Assembly: GCA_030265395.1 (NCBI GenBank)
Contig: JARFYF010000046.1
Coordinates: 26,855,919-26,919,918 of the forward strand
Direction: 5' to 3'
DNA length: 64,000 nucleotides
From: Rhina ancylostomus
Taxonomy: Eukaryota
Shown here: piece after piece, positions 53,593-64,000 of the stretch
Numbering within the stretch: position 1 is the first letter of the stretch
How the letters are laid out: every line of letters begins with the position of its first letter
Made by a program: the position numbers and the translations under genes
The notes under the pieces: model-generated
What the model saw: only the letters and a program-made list of their open reading frames with translations
What the model was told of the DNA's origin: nothing
The model's database searches: none

Positions 53593-53776
53593 CACAGCAG
53601 TGTGCACTGGTTAAGGTTCACCAGGCTGAACGCATGGACAAGACAATAGGAGGAGAACTACTCAACTTCAATGTTAATGACATGCTAACAAAGCAGATTC
53701 AGAATCTGGTTAAAAAAACACGCTGAAGAACAAAATGACAAATGTGATAAGGGAGTCACTTATTTAATTCCCAAGA

Positions 53777-54078
53777 CAATAAAACTCTGATAACCTACTA
53801 CCTTTGGGTCTTTGTGGTACCAGACTGGCAGATTTTCCGATTATTGGATATTATCCCATCAAACTTTGAAGATGTTATGCAGTGGAATAATAAATAAATA
53901 TTACACAATGAAATAACAGTTTCTAGTAAAATAAATAAACATTCTACAGTAGTAAAATGAAGATTCTGGTGATCCTGGTGAGTTGAAAGGGAGCATGGGA
54001 CATGGTGCCTCAGTGAGCTAGATGCCGAACCATCAGGATTTCCAAATAATTGCTGAGTGGACTATCAGAGTTTTACTG
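53777..54078. mobile_element. Tigger/pogo-like MITE (~300 bp)
   Basis: TIRs caataaaactctgataacc / ggactatcagagttttactg. Confidence 0.7.
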
Positions 54079-54159
54079 AAATAATTACCTTTTATTTATT
54101 TTTCATTCAATTTTCAGTCAAACTACTTTTCTTATGAGAACTTTCTTAAATATAATTAC

Positions 54160-54186
54160 CAGAATAAGATTTATTAACGACTTCAT
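54160..54186 (-). CDS. Micro-exon (27 nt, phase 1-1); DEVVNKSYS
   Basis: Acceptor tttgtctttcttttaacag|AT, donor CTG|gtaatt. Confidence 0.72.
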
Positions 54187-54234
54187 CTGTTAAAAGAAAG
54201 ACAAACATGTAAGTTTTCAACATTTAAAAGGCCC

Positions 54235-54470
54235 ACAATTGCAGATGCTAGAAATCAGAAATGAAAACAGAATTCCAGAAACATTAAGGAGCATCTATGG
54301 AGAGAGAAAGAGAGACAACATTTCCAGTTGATGACTCTTCACCAGAACTTAGAAAAACTAAAGGTCAAACATGTCCTAAGTTGCAGAGAGGGGTGGAATG
54401 AAGAAGAAAAAAACAAATATCTTTGGAAGAGTGAAGACCAGAAGAGACTGAATGGCATAAGGCTTGATAA
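54235..54470 (-). mobile_element. Degenerate Penelope-like terminal-repeat fragment
   Basis: tgcagatgctagaaatcagaaat...; minus strand CTGGTGA-agagtcatcaactg-GAAA-tgtt. Confidence 0.5.
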
Positions 54471-55585
54471 TTGCAGATGATGTCTGGAGGTAATGCAAAT
54501 TGGGTGAATGTTAACAGAGCAGAAAAGAAAAAAGAAAAAAAAGCCTAAACAGCGAGATACAAACTGAATATAAAAATAAATAATTAAAAGGATACTTGGT
54601 GCATAAATAATTCAAGGTAAAGAATTTGGATGCTTCTTAATATATTTCATGTATATTACCAGAAATGTGTATACTTGCGTTGCTATCTGAAACATAAAAT
54701 TAGAAATAACTGTACGTTACATATATTAACATTAAGACTTAAAATGTGTACAATGACAAATCAGGTATTATCTCACTTCATAACAAGAAAATAGAACATC
54801 TACACTGCTTAAAAAAATGTGATAATGATGAGGAAAAGTCAGTTAGGGAAGCCACATTTTATTCCTAAAATGTTTATCGAAAGAAAGTTCAAACTTCTAA
54901 AGCGCATTTCATTGGGTTGACATTCTTGTTGGGGACATGTACCGAGTTTTTGGCAGGTAGGCTTTGTCTACGAGCTGCCTCCCCCAACTTAAAAATAAAT
55001 AATTTGGTAAAAGACCTTCTTTTCTGCATATCTAAAAGTAAAAATTTCCAAAATCAGTTAGATTGGAGTCCACAAGATGAAGGAGCCACACCAGGTTCCT
55101 GAGTATCTTGCACACATCTAGAGAAACTTTTTTTTATTGTGAACCAGCTCCAAATTAAATTAATAGAATGGAATTATTATTCCAAGCTGGTCTGGAAGTT
55201 GGTTTGGTTGTCACACAAGTGTGGTCTATCACTTGCTGTATTAGTGGAAATCCTGCTAGGGCAGAAATAAAACACTCATTCTGGGTTACTTCATCCGAAG
55301 ATGGTGCATGTATTAGCACTCAGAAACAAGGCATGTGTCACCTATTTAAATCTGTGTTTGAGCCAACAATGAAATCCTATTAACTGGCCTAAGACCTTCT
55401 CTTCTGCATTTCCTCTTTTATGTTGGAACAACCAATGAAATGATTTCAAGAGTGTTGGATAATTTATCAGATAACACAGATTCTGGAAACAGGTAATTTA
55501 TTAAAATTCCTTACCTGCCACTGGGAAGATTCAATTATTCTTTAAACCCACCCAGCAACTGCCACTTGTAAAAGGCATTATTTAC

Positions 55586-55606
55586 CTGACACAGATAAGC
55601 GAACTC
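55586..55606 (-). CDS. Micro-exon (21 nt, phase 1-1); GVRLSVS
   Basis: Acceptor ttttatgtatttttcag|GA, donor CAG|gtaaat. Confidence 0.6.
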
Positions 55607-57799
55607 CTGAAAAATACATAAAACATGGACGGCTGCCTTTTGATATTGGTTTATTATCATTTGTACCGAGGTACAGTGCAATAATACTATCAATAATTTC
55701 CATTGTCTCTCACAATTACATGCTTAATACAGCTTATAATTACATACTTTGCACAAATATTTAGTTTGTAATCATTGGAGAAGATAAAATGTGAAGAACC
55801 AAGAATATTATGTCAATAAGAAACTTAAAGTAATTAATGCTACTAAAAAATCCAGAGAAAATAAAAGGACTACATTCAGACAAATTCTTTAGACTGATCA
55901 TCTATCCCCCAATGTTCTGAAAGTGGCACTGTAATGATAATGGTTGTGTAAGCAATAATTGTCCAAAAGTCTCTAGGTTTTGAAAATACATGAGCAAACT
56001 GCAAAGTAGCAAATGTAACATCATGACTTAAGAAAGCTGACAGAGAGAAAATAGGAAACTATAAATCAGTTAGCCTGAAAACAACAAATTTCACATCATA
56101 TGTCAGTGATAACAAATCTGATTCTGATGGCTGTAGTAAAAGTACTGGTGCAGTTATGAACATGATAGTCTTGCCAACTTGCCAATCAATAGCAAAAGGA
56201 AACATCAGCTATCATTAACTCGAGGAGTTCTATGCTCATGGCCAAATGCAGAATTCCAAGCCTCCTTAGTGGCAGATGCCAATGCAACAGGAGCCCAGCA
56301 GCGTAGCTGCATCTAGTTTGGATTTCCTAACATTATGCTGGGGAATCCATCTAGCCAATTTCTAAGACAGTCAGAGTTTGTAAAAAAAATCAGAGTCCCA
56401 AACATTTGAATGGGGATTTCTGACCTTCGGAGGAGAAAGGTAAGTTTTTGTTTACATATTTTAATTCTTTTTCATTATTTATTTGTGTTTTAATGTGCTA
56501 TTAACTTCATTTATTTGTTGATCATTTACATCTTCTGTAATTGTTTCTAATGTCTCCAAACATCAAAAACATTTTAAAATTGTTAAAAGATTCCCAATTT
56601 TGACAGAAGATGAAGCTTCTTCCTGAGTTTTTCACTATAGCCTCACCACACAAATCTTGGGTACTGAGGCTCAGAAAGAATGGCCCTCTACAATGGACTA
56701 GATGAGGACAGATAAGCAAAGAATATAAAGGGTGGCTTCAATTGACAGGCTGGGTCCAGTATGATCTGGCCCCATGTTACAGTTTGGCAGGGTCAACAAG
56801 TGGTATGAAGAGAAAAAGCTGTATTCTGAATCTAATTTGAATTGTTTGAGGACATATCAATTAGCAGTTAAGGGGAAGCTAGTGAATATAATGAGGGTTT
56901 GAATAGTTTGGTTTCACCACTAAAAATCAAAAAATATCCCCAAAGGCCCATTTTGAAAAGTTATTTGATATCTGTTTTCATTAATAATAACAATAATACC
57001 TTCCGGCATAAGTACCAATTGTGCAAAATTTATATTTTGCTAGAATGCTCCATTTGGCTTTCAAAAGTGGATTCAGACCACTGAAATTTCTATTTGATCA
57101 GGCGATGCATGACAGGAGTCAAAAAAGCCAGAGCAGTTAAAAGGCAGTCAAAACCAAGTGGAAAATACAAAGTACACGTAATTGCATGAAAGAAAATAAA
57201 GATTTTACCAATGAATGGAAATCATGAAATACTGTAAATACTGATGAGTCATTACTGATGTGGTTACCTCCAAAAGTGCCTGATAAGATTTCAGAACATC
57301 TATACAGTGCATCACATATAAATATGAAAATACAGTCGTGACTTCTGGAGCAGTACAGATTTTAATAATTGAAACTAGCTAATTTGAAAAGAAAACATGC
57401 AAAAGAGGAGGACACCATTCCAGAATTTATTCAGGCAATTTGGGATCATGTTCAATGGGACAGAAGAAGCCCTGTTGCAGGAACTCTTGTCATATGCACA
57501 TCAGCTTTTGGAGTAAGGATTTGCCACAGGTTCGGAAAAAACTATTAACAATACATGGCAAGCCTTGTCATAAAAAAATAGCCATTACTCTAATGAAAGC
57601 TCTGAAATAAATGGCAATCCAGTTCTTAGTATCCTGTTCACATTCTATGATCACAAGAACAAAAATGTGCAAATATGCAGCTTCCACTCTCTAGCAATTG
57701 ATGCCTTGATTCAATAACCAAACTTAACCAATTTTGCCAAACATTAAAAAAATTGTAAAACACCCCTGAACTGAACTGAAACTTAAAACAAAAACCAAG

Positions 57800-58900
57800 T
57801 TCAGATATCGTAAATGGGGATTTTCAAAAGGCACTTGATATAAAACAACACAAAAGGTTGTTATATAAAGTAATGGCTTAAATGGTTGAAGCTAACTTAC
57901 TTGCATTGAAAGAGAATAAGTTAAACAGCAAAAAACATAAAGGAACAAAGAATCATTTATAGACTAGCTGGCTGTTATTAAGTGGATTGACACATGGCAC
58001 AAAATTCAATACTAAGCACTCAGCTATCCACCATTAATATGAATAAATCAGATTAAAAGACAAGTATATAAATTTGCAGATGATGCAAAAATATGTAATG
58101 AAGTGAGCTGTGAGGTGGACATGAAGAATATGTGAAAAAGACAGATTAAGAGAACAGGCAATGTCAAAAAGATATGGCAATAATACACTATTATTAAGAT
58201 GTAATAATGATTATGTGGGAAATGTGAGATCATTCAGGAGACAGAGAAAAACAGAATACTTTAAGTACTGAAAAACCAGGATTTGTGGGTGCAGAGAGAT
58301 ACTGGTGTGCTTGTTTATGTGATGCAGAAAGTAAACATGCAAGTACAGCAAGCAATAAGTAAGACAAATTATACTTTAACCTTTATTGCAAGTTAGTTTT
58401 AGCACAAAAACAAGTCTTACTGATATTGTAGAGGGCGTTGTTGAAAATACATTTCAATACTGCACGGTGTATTTAATGCAGTACATATCTGTCTCATTTC
58501 TTCAAAAGGATTTATTTGCTTTGGAGAGGGTAGACCGTAGTTTCATTGAATTAGTTTCAGAGATGAGATGTTATCGAAGAGAGAATGAGTAGGACTGGCC
58601 TGCACTAATTTAGCTTTAAGAGATTAGAAATAATCTCAATGAAACATACTGAAATTCCATTCCTAAACTGTTCTTTCTCATCGATGCCAGGAGGCCACTT
58701 CCTTTAGAACTATGGGGTCACAATCTCAGGGTTAGGGGTTCACCATTTAAAACTGAGATGAGAAATTTCTTTTCACATAGAATTGCTTTATCATTCTTTT
58801 TATGACATGGACCTGGATCCTTGGTAGTTAAGTTTATTCAGGGCTGAGACTGATAGACTTTTGGGCATCTGAGGGAATCAGAGGAAATACTTTTCCCTAA
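57800..58900 (+). mobile_element. Highly degenerate CR1 RT/3' relic
   Basis: gattttcaaaaggcacttgata (DFQKA), aaatttgcagatgatgcaaaa (KFADD), ttggagagggtag. Confidence 0.7.
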
Positions 58901-59759
58901 AGGATGTATGTTTTTCCAAATTACGGGTCCTTTGACAACCTTCAGCACAATTTCCCCAACTCATCAAGATCTGCTCGAAGATCACGATTGTCATCTACAA
59001 TCCTAACACATGCAATTTTCAGGTCAAGCTCCATACTCCATGTAAATTATTGATAAAAATAGTAAACTACAGCAAACTGACAATCTGTCCCTGAGGGGCC
59101 AACTGCACCCATTCTCTAAATTCATCTATAACTGCTTTCTGCCTGTGGCCTTCCTGCCAATTCTTAATGAAGCTCAATCTATAACCATTAATACCAGATG
59201 ACTGAACCTTGCAAAGAAGCTTCTTTCAAAATAATGTCAAAATTTTCTTTTGCAAGCCTAAATAATAATGCATCTAGGGGTTCTCTCATCCATCACTTAA
59301 TGAGTTTTACAAAGTACGTCAACTACATAAGACACTGCAGTTCCAATGTGAATCCTCTAGGAAATACACTGTATCAATTCATCATTGCTTTTTCCTCCAC
59401 ATTTCAGAAACCCGTAACTCTATAATCCAGAAGAGTGTGAAGTGCATGGGACTTCGAAATAAAATTGTTGCTTCTTCATGACCACTGAGTCAAATTGCTG
59501 GATTTCCCTGCTAAATAGCCTCTGTGAGTATATTCCCTAGTCTGGCAACAGTGATACAATAAGGTGGTACATCACTATATCCTTAGAAGCTATTAGGAAG
59601 GGCAATAAATGCCACTATTGCCCAAATAACATGAATAAATTCTACTTTTTAGAAAATTTGATCAGTGTTCCAATTACATTTTCCACTGAACAAATAAACA
59701 TATTAAATATGCCTAATGGTTGTCCCAGCTTCTTTCTTACTACTTTTGTCAAACTAATT

Positions 59760-60020
59760 ATGACAACAGCATTTACATCATGATACAATGAAGCAAAACT
59801 CTCAAAGAATTGCTCAGAAGGATAATTAAACAAATGTAATGCTATGCCCATAAAATAGGCATTAGGACAATGACCAAAAGCTTGCTCAAAGAGGTAGGTT
59901 TTAAGGAGCACTTTACACATGAAAGAGCGTTTCAGGAAGGGAATTTCAGTGTTTAGAGTCTCAAAGGCTGAAGGTATGACTGCAAATGGTGGAACTATTA
60001 AAAGTAAGGTATGTGAAAAG
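59760..60020 (-). mobile_element. L2-like LINE 3' fragment
   Basis: aatgaccaaaagcttgctcaaagaggtaggttttaaggagc; related sequence at 63820-64000. Confidence 0.45.
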
Positions 60021-60024
60021 GGCC

Positions 60025-60816
60025 AGGTTACAAGTTTGACTGAGTTTATTGAGGAGGTGACAAAGGTGATTAATGAAAGTAGGGCAATGGATGTTGTCTA
60101 TGTGGATTTTAGTAAGGCATTTGACAAGGTCTGTCATGGTAGGCTGATCCAGAAGGGATCCATGGTGGCTTGGTAATTTGGATTCAGAATTGGTTTGCCC
60201 ATTGAAGACAGAGGATAGTGGTGGAAGGCTGTTATTCCAACTGGAGGTCCATGACCCATGGTGTTCCACAGGGATCAGTGCTGGGGCCTCTGTTGTTTGT
60301 GAGAAATATAAATGACTTAGATGAAAAATGTAGATGGGTGGACTAGTAAGTTAGCAGACTACGCAAAGATTGATGGAATTGTGGACAGTGTAGAGGGCTG
60401 TCAAAGGATACAGGAGAATATCGATCAGTTACAGATATGAGAAGAGAAATGGCAGATGGAGTTCAATCCAAGCAATGTGAGGTGCTACACTTTGGAAGGT
60501 CTAATGTAAGGAGAGAGTATACAGTTAATGACAGGACCCTTAACAGCACTGATGTACAGAGGAATCTTGGGGCCCAAGTCCATAGCTTACTAAACGTGGC
60601 CACACAAGTTGATAGGGTGGTAAAGAAGGCATATGGCATCTTGCCTTCATTGGTCAGGGCATTAAGCATAAGAGTCAGGAAGTCATGTTGCAGCTAATTA
60701 AAACTTTGGTTAGGCTGCACTTGGAGTACTATGTGCAATTCTGGCTGACCTATTACAGGAAGGATGTAGAGACTTTGGAAAGGGTACAGACGAAGTTTAC
60801 CAGGATGCTGCCTCGA
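60025..60816 (+). mobile_element. CR1 RT fragment running into an N gap
   Basis: [55 protein letters not shown]. Confidence 0.92.
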
Positions 60817-61731
60817 NNNNNNNNNNNNNNNNNNNNNNNNNNNNNNNNNNNNNNNNNNNNNNNNNNNNNNNNNNNNNNNNNNNNNNNNNNNNNNNNNNNN
60901 NNNNNNNNNNNNNNNNNNNNNNNNNNNNNNNNNNNNNNNNNNNNNNNNNNNNNNNNNNNNNNNNNNNNNNNNNNNNNNNNNNNNNNNNNNNNNNNNNNNN
61001 NNNNNNNNNNNNNNNNNNNNNNNNNNNNNNNNNNNNNNNNNNNNNNNNNNNNNNNNNNNNNNNNNNNNNNNNNNNNNNNNNNNNNNNNNNNNNNNNNNNN
61101 NNNNNNNNNNNNNNNNNNNNNNNNNNNNNNNNNNNNNNNNNNNNNNNNNNNNNNNNNNNNNNNNNNNNNNNNNNNNNNNNNNNNNNNNNNNNNNNNNNNN
61201 NNNNNNNNNNNNNNNNNNNNNNNNNNNNNNNNNNNNNNNNNNNNNNNNNNNNNNNNNNNNNNNNNNNNNNNNNNNNNNNNNNNNNNNNNNNNNNNNNNNN
61301 NNNNNNNNNNNNNNNNNNNNNNNNNNNNNNNNNNNNNNNNNNNNNNNNNNNNNNNNNNNNNNNNNNNNNNNNNNNNNNNNNNNNNNNNNNNNNNNNNNNN
61401 NNNNNNNNNNNNNNNNNNNNNNNNNNNNNNNNNNNNNNNNNNNNNNNNNNNNNNNNNNNNNNNNNNNNNNNNNNNNNNNNNNNNNNNNNNNNNNNNNNNN
61501 NNNNNNNNNNNNNNNNNNNNNNNNNACACAAAATTTGCTGACCAACAGATTCAATTATGCAGCAGCATAAAGAATCGCAGATTGTTGCAAAATTCTTCAC
61601 TGTCAATGAATTAATTTTATGTTCTATAACTACTTTGTAATATGGCAGCCAAACTGGGCAGAAACAAAATCAAACATATGATCAGATAATAACATTTTAA
61701 TGAAATAAAATTACCAATATGGACAATATAC

Positions 61732-61797
61732 CTGATGTCGAAGGCAAAGATTGTTCTTTCAAAACCAGTGACCCTTTTCTCTGACTAACATCCTCAT
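61732..61797 (-). CDS. Internal coding exon (66 nt, phase 1-1); DEDVSQRKGSLVLKEQSLPSTS
   Basis: Acceptor tatctcatatttcag|AT, donor CAG|gtatat, stop-free. Confidence 0.72.
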
Positions 61798-61950
61798 CTG
61801 AAATATGAGATATAACAAATACATTGAAATTGTGATCTAATTAAGTTATAGCTGGTTACCTTCCTTATTTTTGAAAATTAATCTAATTGTTCTTAGTTTG
61901 GATTTTCAGCAATGTGTAAACATTGGAACCATAAATTGAAAGGTAATGAC

Positions 61951-62026
61951 TCATCAGAAATCAACAAAAAATAAAAAATATCATCAGTGAGATCAACAAG
62001 AATAAAAAATATCATCAGTGAGATCA
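61951..62026 (+). repeat. Short tandem duplication, ~31-bp period, ~2.5 copies
   Basis: tcatcagtgagatcaacaagaataaaaaata repeated. Confidence 0.8.
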
Positions 62027-62659
62027 TTTTCTTTTCCACCTTCTTTCCAGTACTCTGCATTTAATATGATTGACTAAGCTTCAAAATCAGAAAGAACTGA
62101 AAGTTAATTATCTCCCTGAAAGACACCACTCCCTCTATCCTCCAATAATTTCCTCAGCCTATCATTCTCCTCGATCTTCTCTCCTACATCCTTTTGATCT
62201 CCCTTCATGTCTTCATCACCATTCATCTCTACTCTTATTCTACGAGAGTACTCCCTGACACATTTCCTCTGCAATCTCTATCTATTACAAAGGTAGGCAA
62301 ACATGAATGAAAGTCTTTAGTATAGCTGCATCTGGATTACATATTCTAGTGACAAAATTATCATAAATTTATGGGTCCTACTGAAACTACTGCAAGTCTC
62401 CCAAATAGTGCTGCTTTAACATGAATTTTTACATGAATTAGAATTTCTAGTTTTAAACACACAAAATTTACTGCACCCTAACTTGATCAAAATTTTCAGC
62501 ATCCTCATCAAATATCCAGCACCTTAGTGTCTGGTGCTTCTTTATGTTCCGCAGCTCAAGACAAATAGATCAATTTCCAAAACCACAAGCAAAATCCCAC
62601 ATATGCTAGGACCAGAAATAAACATAAAAGATGACAGTCAGTATGGAGAACAGCAGCTT

Positions 62660-63230
62660 ACTGCAATTAGGGCACTTGGAATATTGTATACATTTCTGGT
62701 CTGCTGAGCTACAAAAGGATACACTTGGTATCGAAGTGCAACAAAGTTCACTGTACTGATTCCTGGGATGATGGGTTTGTCCTATGAGGAGAGCAGACTC
62801 CTACAAGCAGATTGTGCCTGTTCCTTCCGGAGTTTAGAAGAATGAGAGATCAGCTCATTGAAGCATACAAATTTCTCATGGGGCATGACTTGTTAGATAC
62901 AATGATAATTTTTCCCTTGGCTTGGCTGCATAGAACCAGGGATCAGCTTCAAAGTAAGGGGTTCTGCCATTCAGGACAGAAATTAAAACGAATTTCTTCA
63001 ACCAGAGGGCAATGAATCTTGGGAGTTCTCCCATCAAAGCGGACTTCTAAGCTCAAGCAATTAGGTCATTCAAGACAGAGATTGACAGGTTTTCAGATAT
63101 TAAAGGAATCAGAGGAACATGGGATTAGTGCAGAAAAGAAAGGCTGAGGTAAAGTATTAGCCATGATCTTACCAAATGTTGAAGGAGACATAAGAGGCTG
63201 AATGGTCTATTTGTATATCTTCTTATACTC
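62660..63230 (+). mobile_element. Degenerate CR1 3' fragment
   Basis: EFRRMRDQLIEAYKFL; cacttggaatattgt; tail gaggctgaatggtcta. Confidence 0.75.
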
Positions 63231-63374
63231 TTACATTGATAGGATGAAAGTACTCCATACTAGAAGCACAAAATTACTAGGAAAATGGCAAATTGCCAGT
63301 TTTTATACTGGCAGAGATCATTTTTGCTTTCTGTAAGTTAGTAAAATGCATTCCCCAAACAGGGAGTCTTGAAG

Positions 63375-63455
63375 CTACACGCACAAAATGCTGGAGGAAT
63401 TCAGCAGGTCAGGCAGCATCTATGGAGGTAAATAAACAGTCGATGTTTCAGGTCC
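63375..63455. mobile_element. Penelope-type terminal-repeat fragment
   Basis: cacaaaatgctggaggaattcagcaggtcaggcagcatctatggagg. Confidence 0.6.
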
Positions 63456-64000
63456 ATGCCAGTGCCCATGGCTACATCTTTAGTTTGGAGAAAGTGGGAG
63501 GAGCTGAAAGAGAAGTTGTTGAGGGTGAGTACCCGTTGTCAGAAGGAGGAGGGTGGCAGTGGTTGGGCCTGTTGAGAAAGACTTGAAGCTTTTATTAGTC
63601 TTGAAGCTATTATTTGAAGCCATATATTGCGAACAGAATTGCAGTCATGATCATCTAACTGCACCTTATTATCTACAGCAATGCAGATTATAAAAGCATT
63701 TGTCTTTTATAGCCGAGCTTCAGACAATAAAGTTGAATCTCCAGGATGTAGCAGTATGGCACTGCATTGAGGAGAACTGGATTTGGGAGCAGGAAGCAAC
63801 AAAGGGATGTAAACAGATCAACAACACCATTGACTTTAATGTAATATGTAGTCCACAGTCCTTCACAAGAGCATTTCAAATAAAATTTGATACCAATCCA
63901 GATAAAGAAATATCAGGGCAAAGAATCAAAAATGCAATCAAAAATATAAGTTTTATGGAGCATCTTGAAGGAGAAAAGGAAATTAGGTGAGCAGGGAGGT

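Larger units (their letters stand above)
37250..54250. repeat. Ancient tandem array of duplicated exon+intron cassettes (at least 4-5 partial units)
   Basis: Matching non-TE blocks: 39790-39975/41835-42030; 40080-40680/43790-44930; 38125-38250/47295-47425; 41681-41790/52989-53090; 43280-43350/46630-46700/54118-54200. Confidence 0.8.

Noticed and set aside
54943-54987. 45-nt AG/GT segment (LGEAARRQSLPAKNS)
   Set aside because: Stop in phase 1; open only in phases 0 and 2
60685-61614. 258-309 aa ORFs on both strands
   Set aside because: Artefacts of translating an N gap adjoining a CR1 fragment
585-61797. Assigning a gene symbol (triadin, CCDC7, ABI3BP or CD44-like architecture)
   Set aside because: Only the exon architecture is similar; I recognise no sequence match

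Overview
AT-rich vertebrate genomic DNA with several N-gaps. The repeat content (CR1 LINEs, tRNA/V-domain SINEs with CR1-type tails, Penelope-type terminal repeats, Rex/Babar and RTE fragments) points to a cartilaginous fish; this is an inference. Most supplied ORFs are retroelement relics or noise, and no prokaryotic-type features are present. Reading splice signals by eye reveals the interior of one unidentified minus-strand gene crossing the whole window. It is made of about 13-15 very small exons (18-90 nt), all symmetric phase 1-1, stop-free and AG/GT-bounded. Joined, they give a low-complexity peptide: DEDVSQRKGSLVLKEQSLPSTS|GVRLSVS|DEVVNKSYS|DAGLTTGTEMQSGAASHLSP|DENTAK|DAEDTLEIIEGEQRSDSPMQLTS|AMLHCPMIPAQVEEPNI|EMEPTETNVNLAAKPSDSSS|DGEKAELALFGPSHIVA|VLSFAKFDLIGSCHHMQ|AVDMDYDKYPIILSPPKVETPVETLCHYII|VRLNLSSESTPFNSKYVEKSPDQQ|NPEDVCECLTGVPTYRDQQ. 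Between about 37 and 55 kb the exons sit in an old tandem array of duplicated exon-plus-intron cassettes that shows exon gain and loss and paralogous empty/filled transposon sites. Also notable are a young TGT...ACA element with perfect 73-bp (or longer) inverted ends and an ATAT target duplication (Ginger-like), and hammerhead-ribozyme-like cores in Penelope-type repeats. No database searches were run. Exon coordinates were counted by hand; repeat boundaries are approximate.
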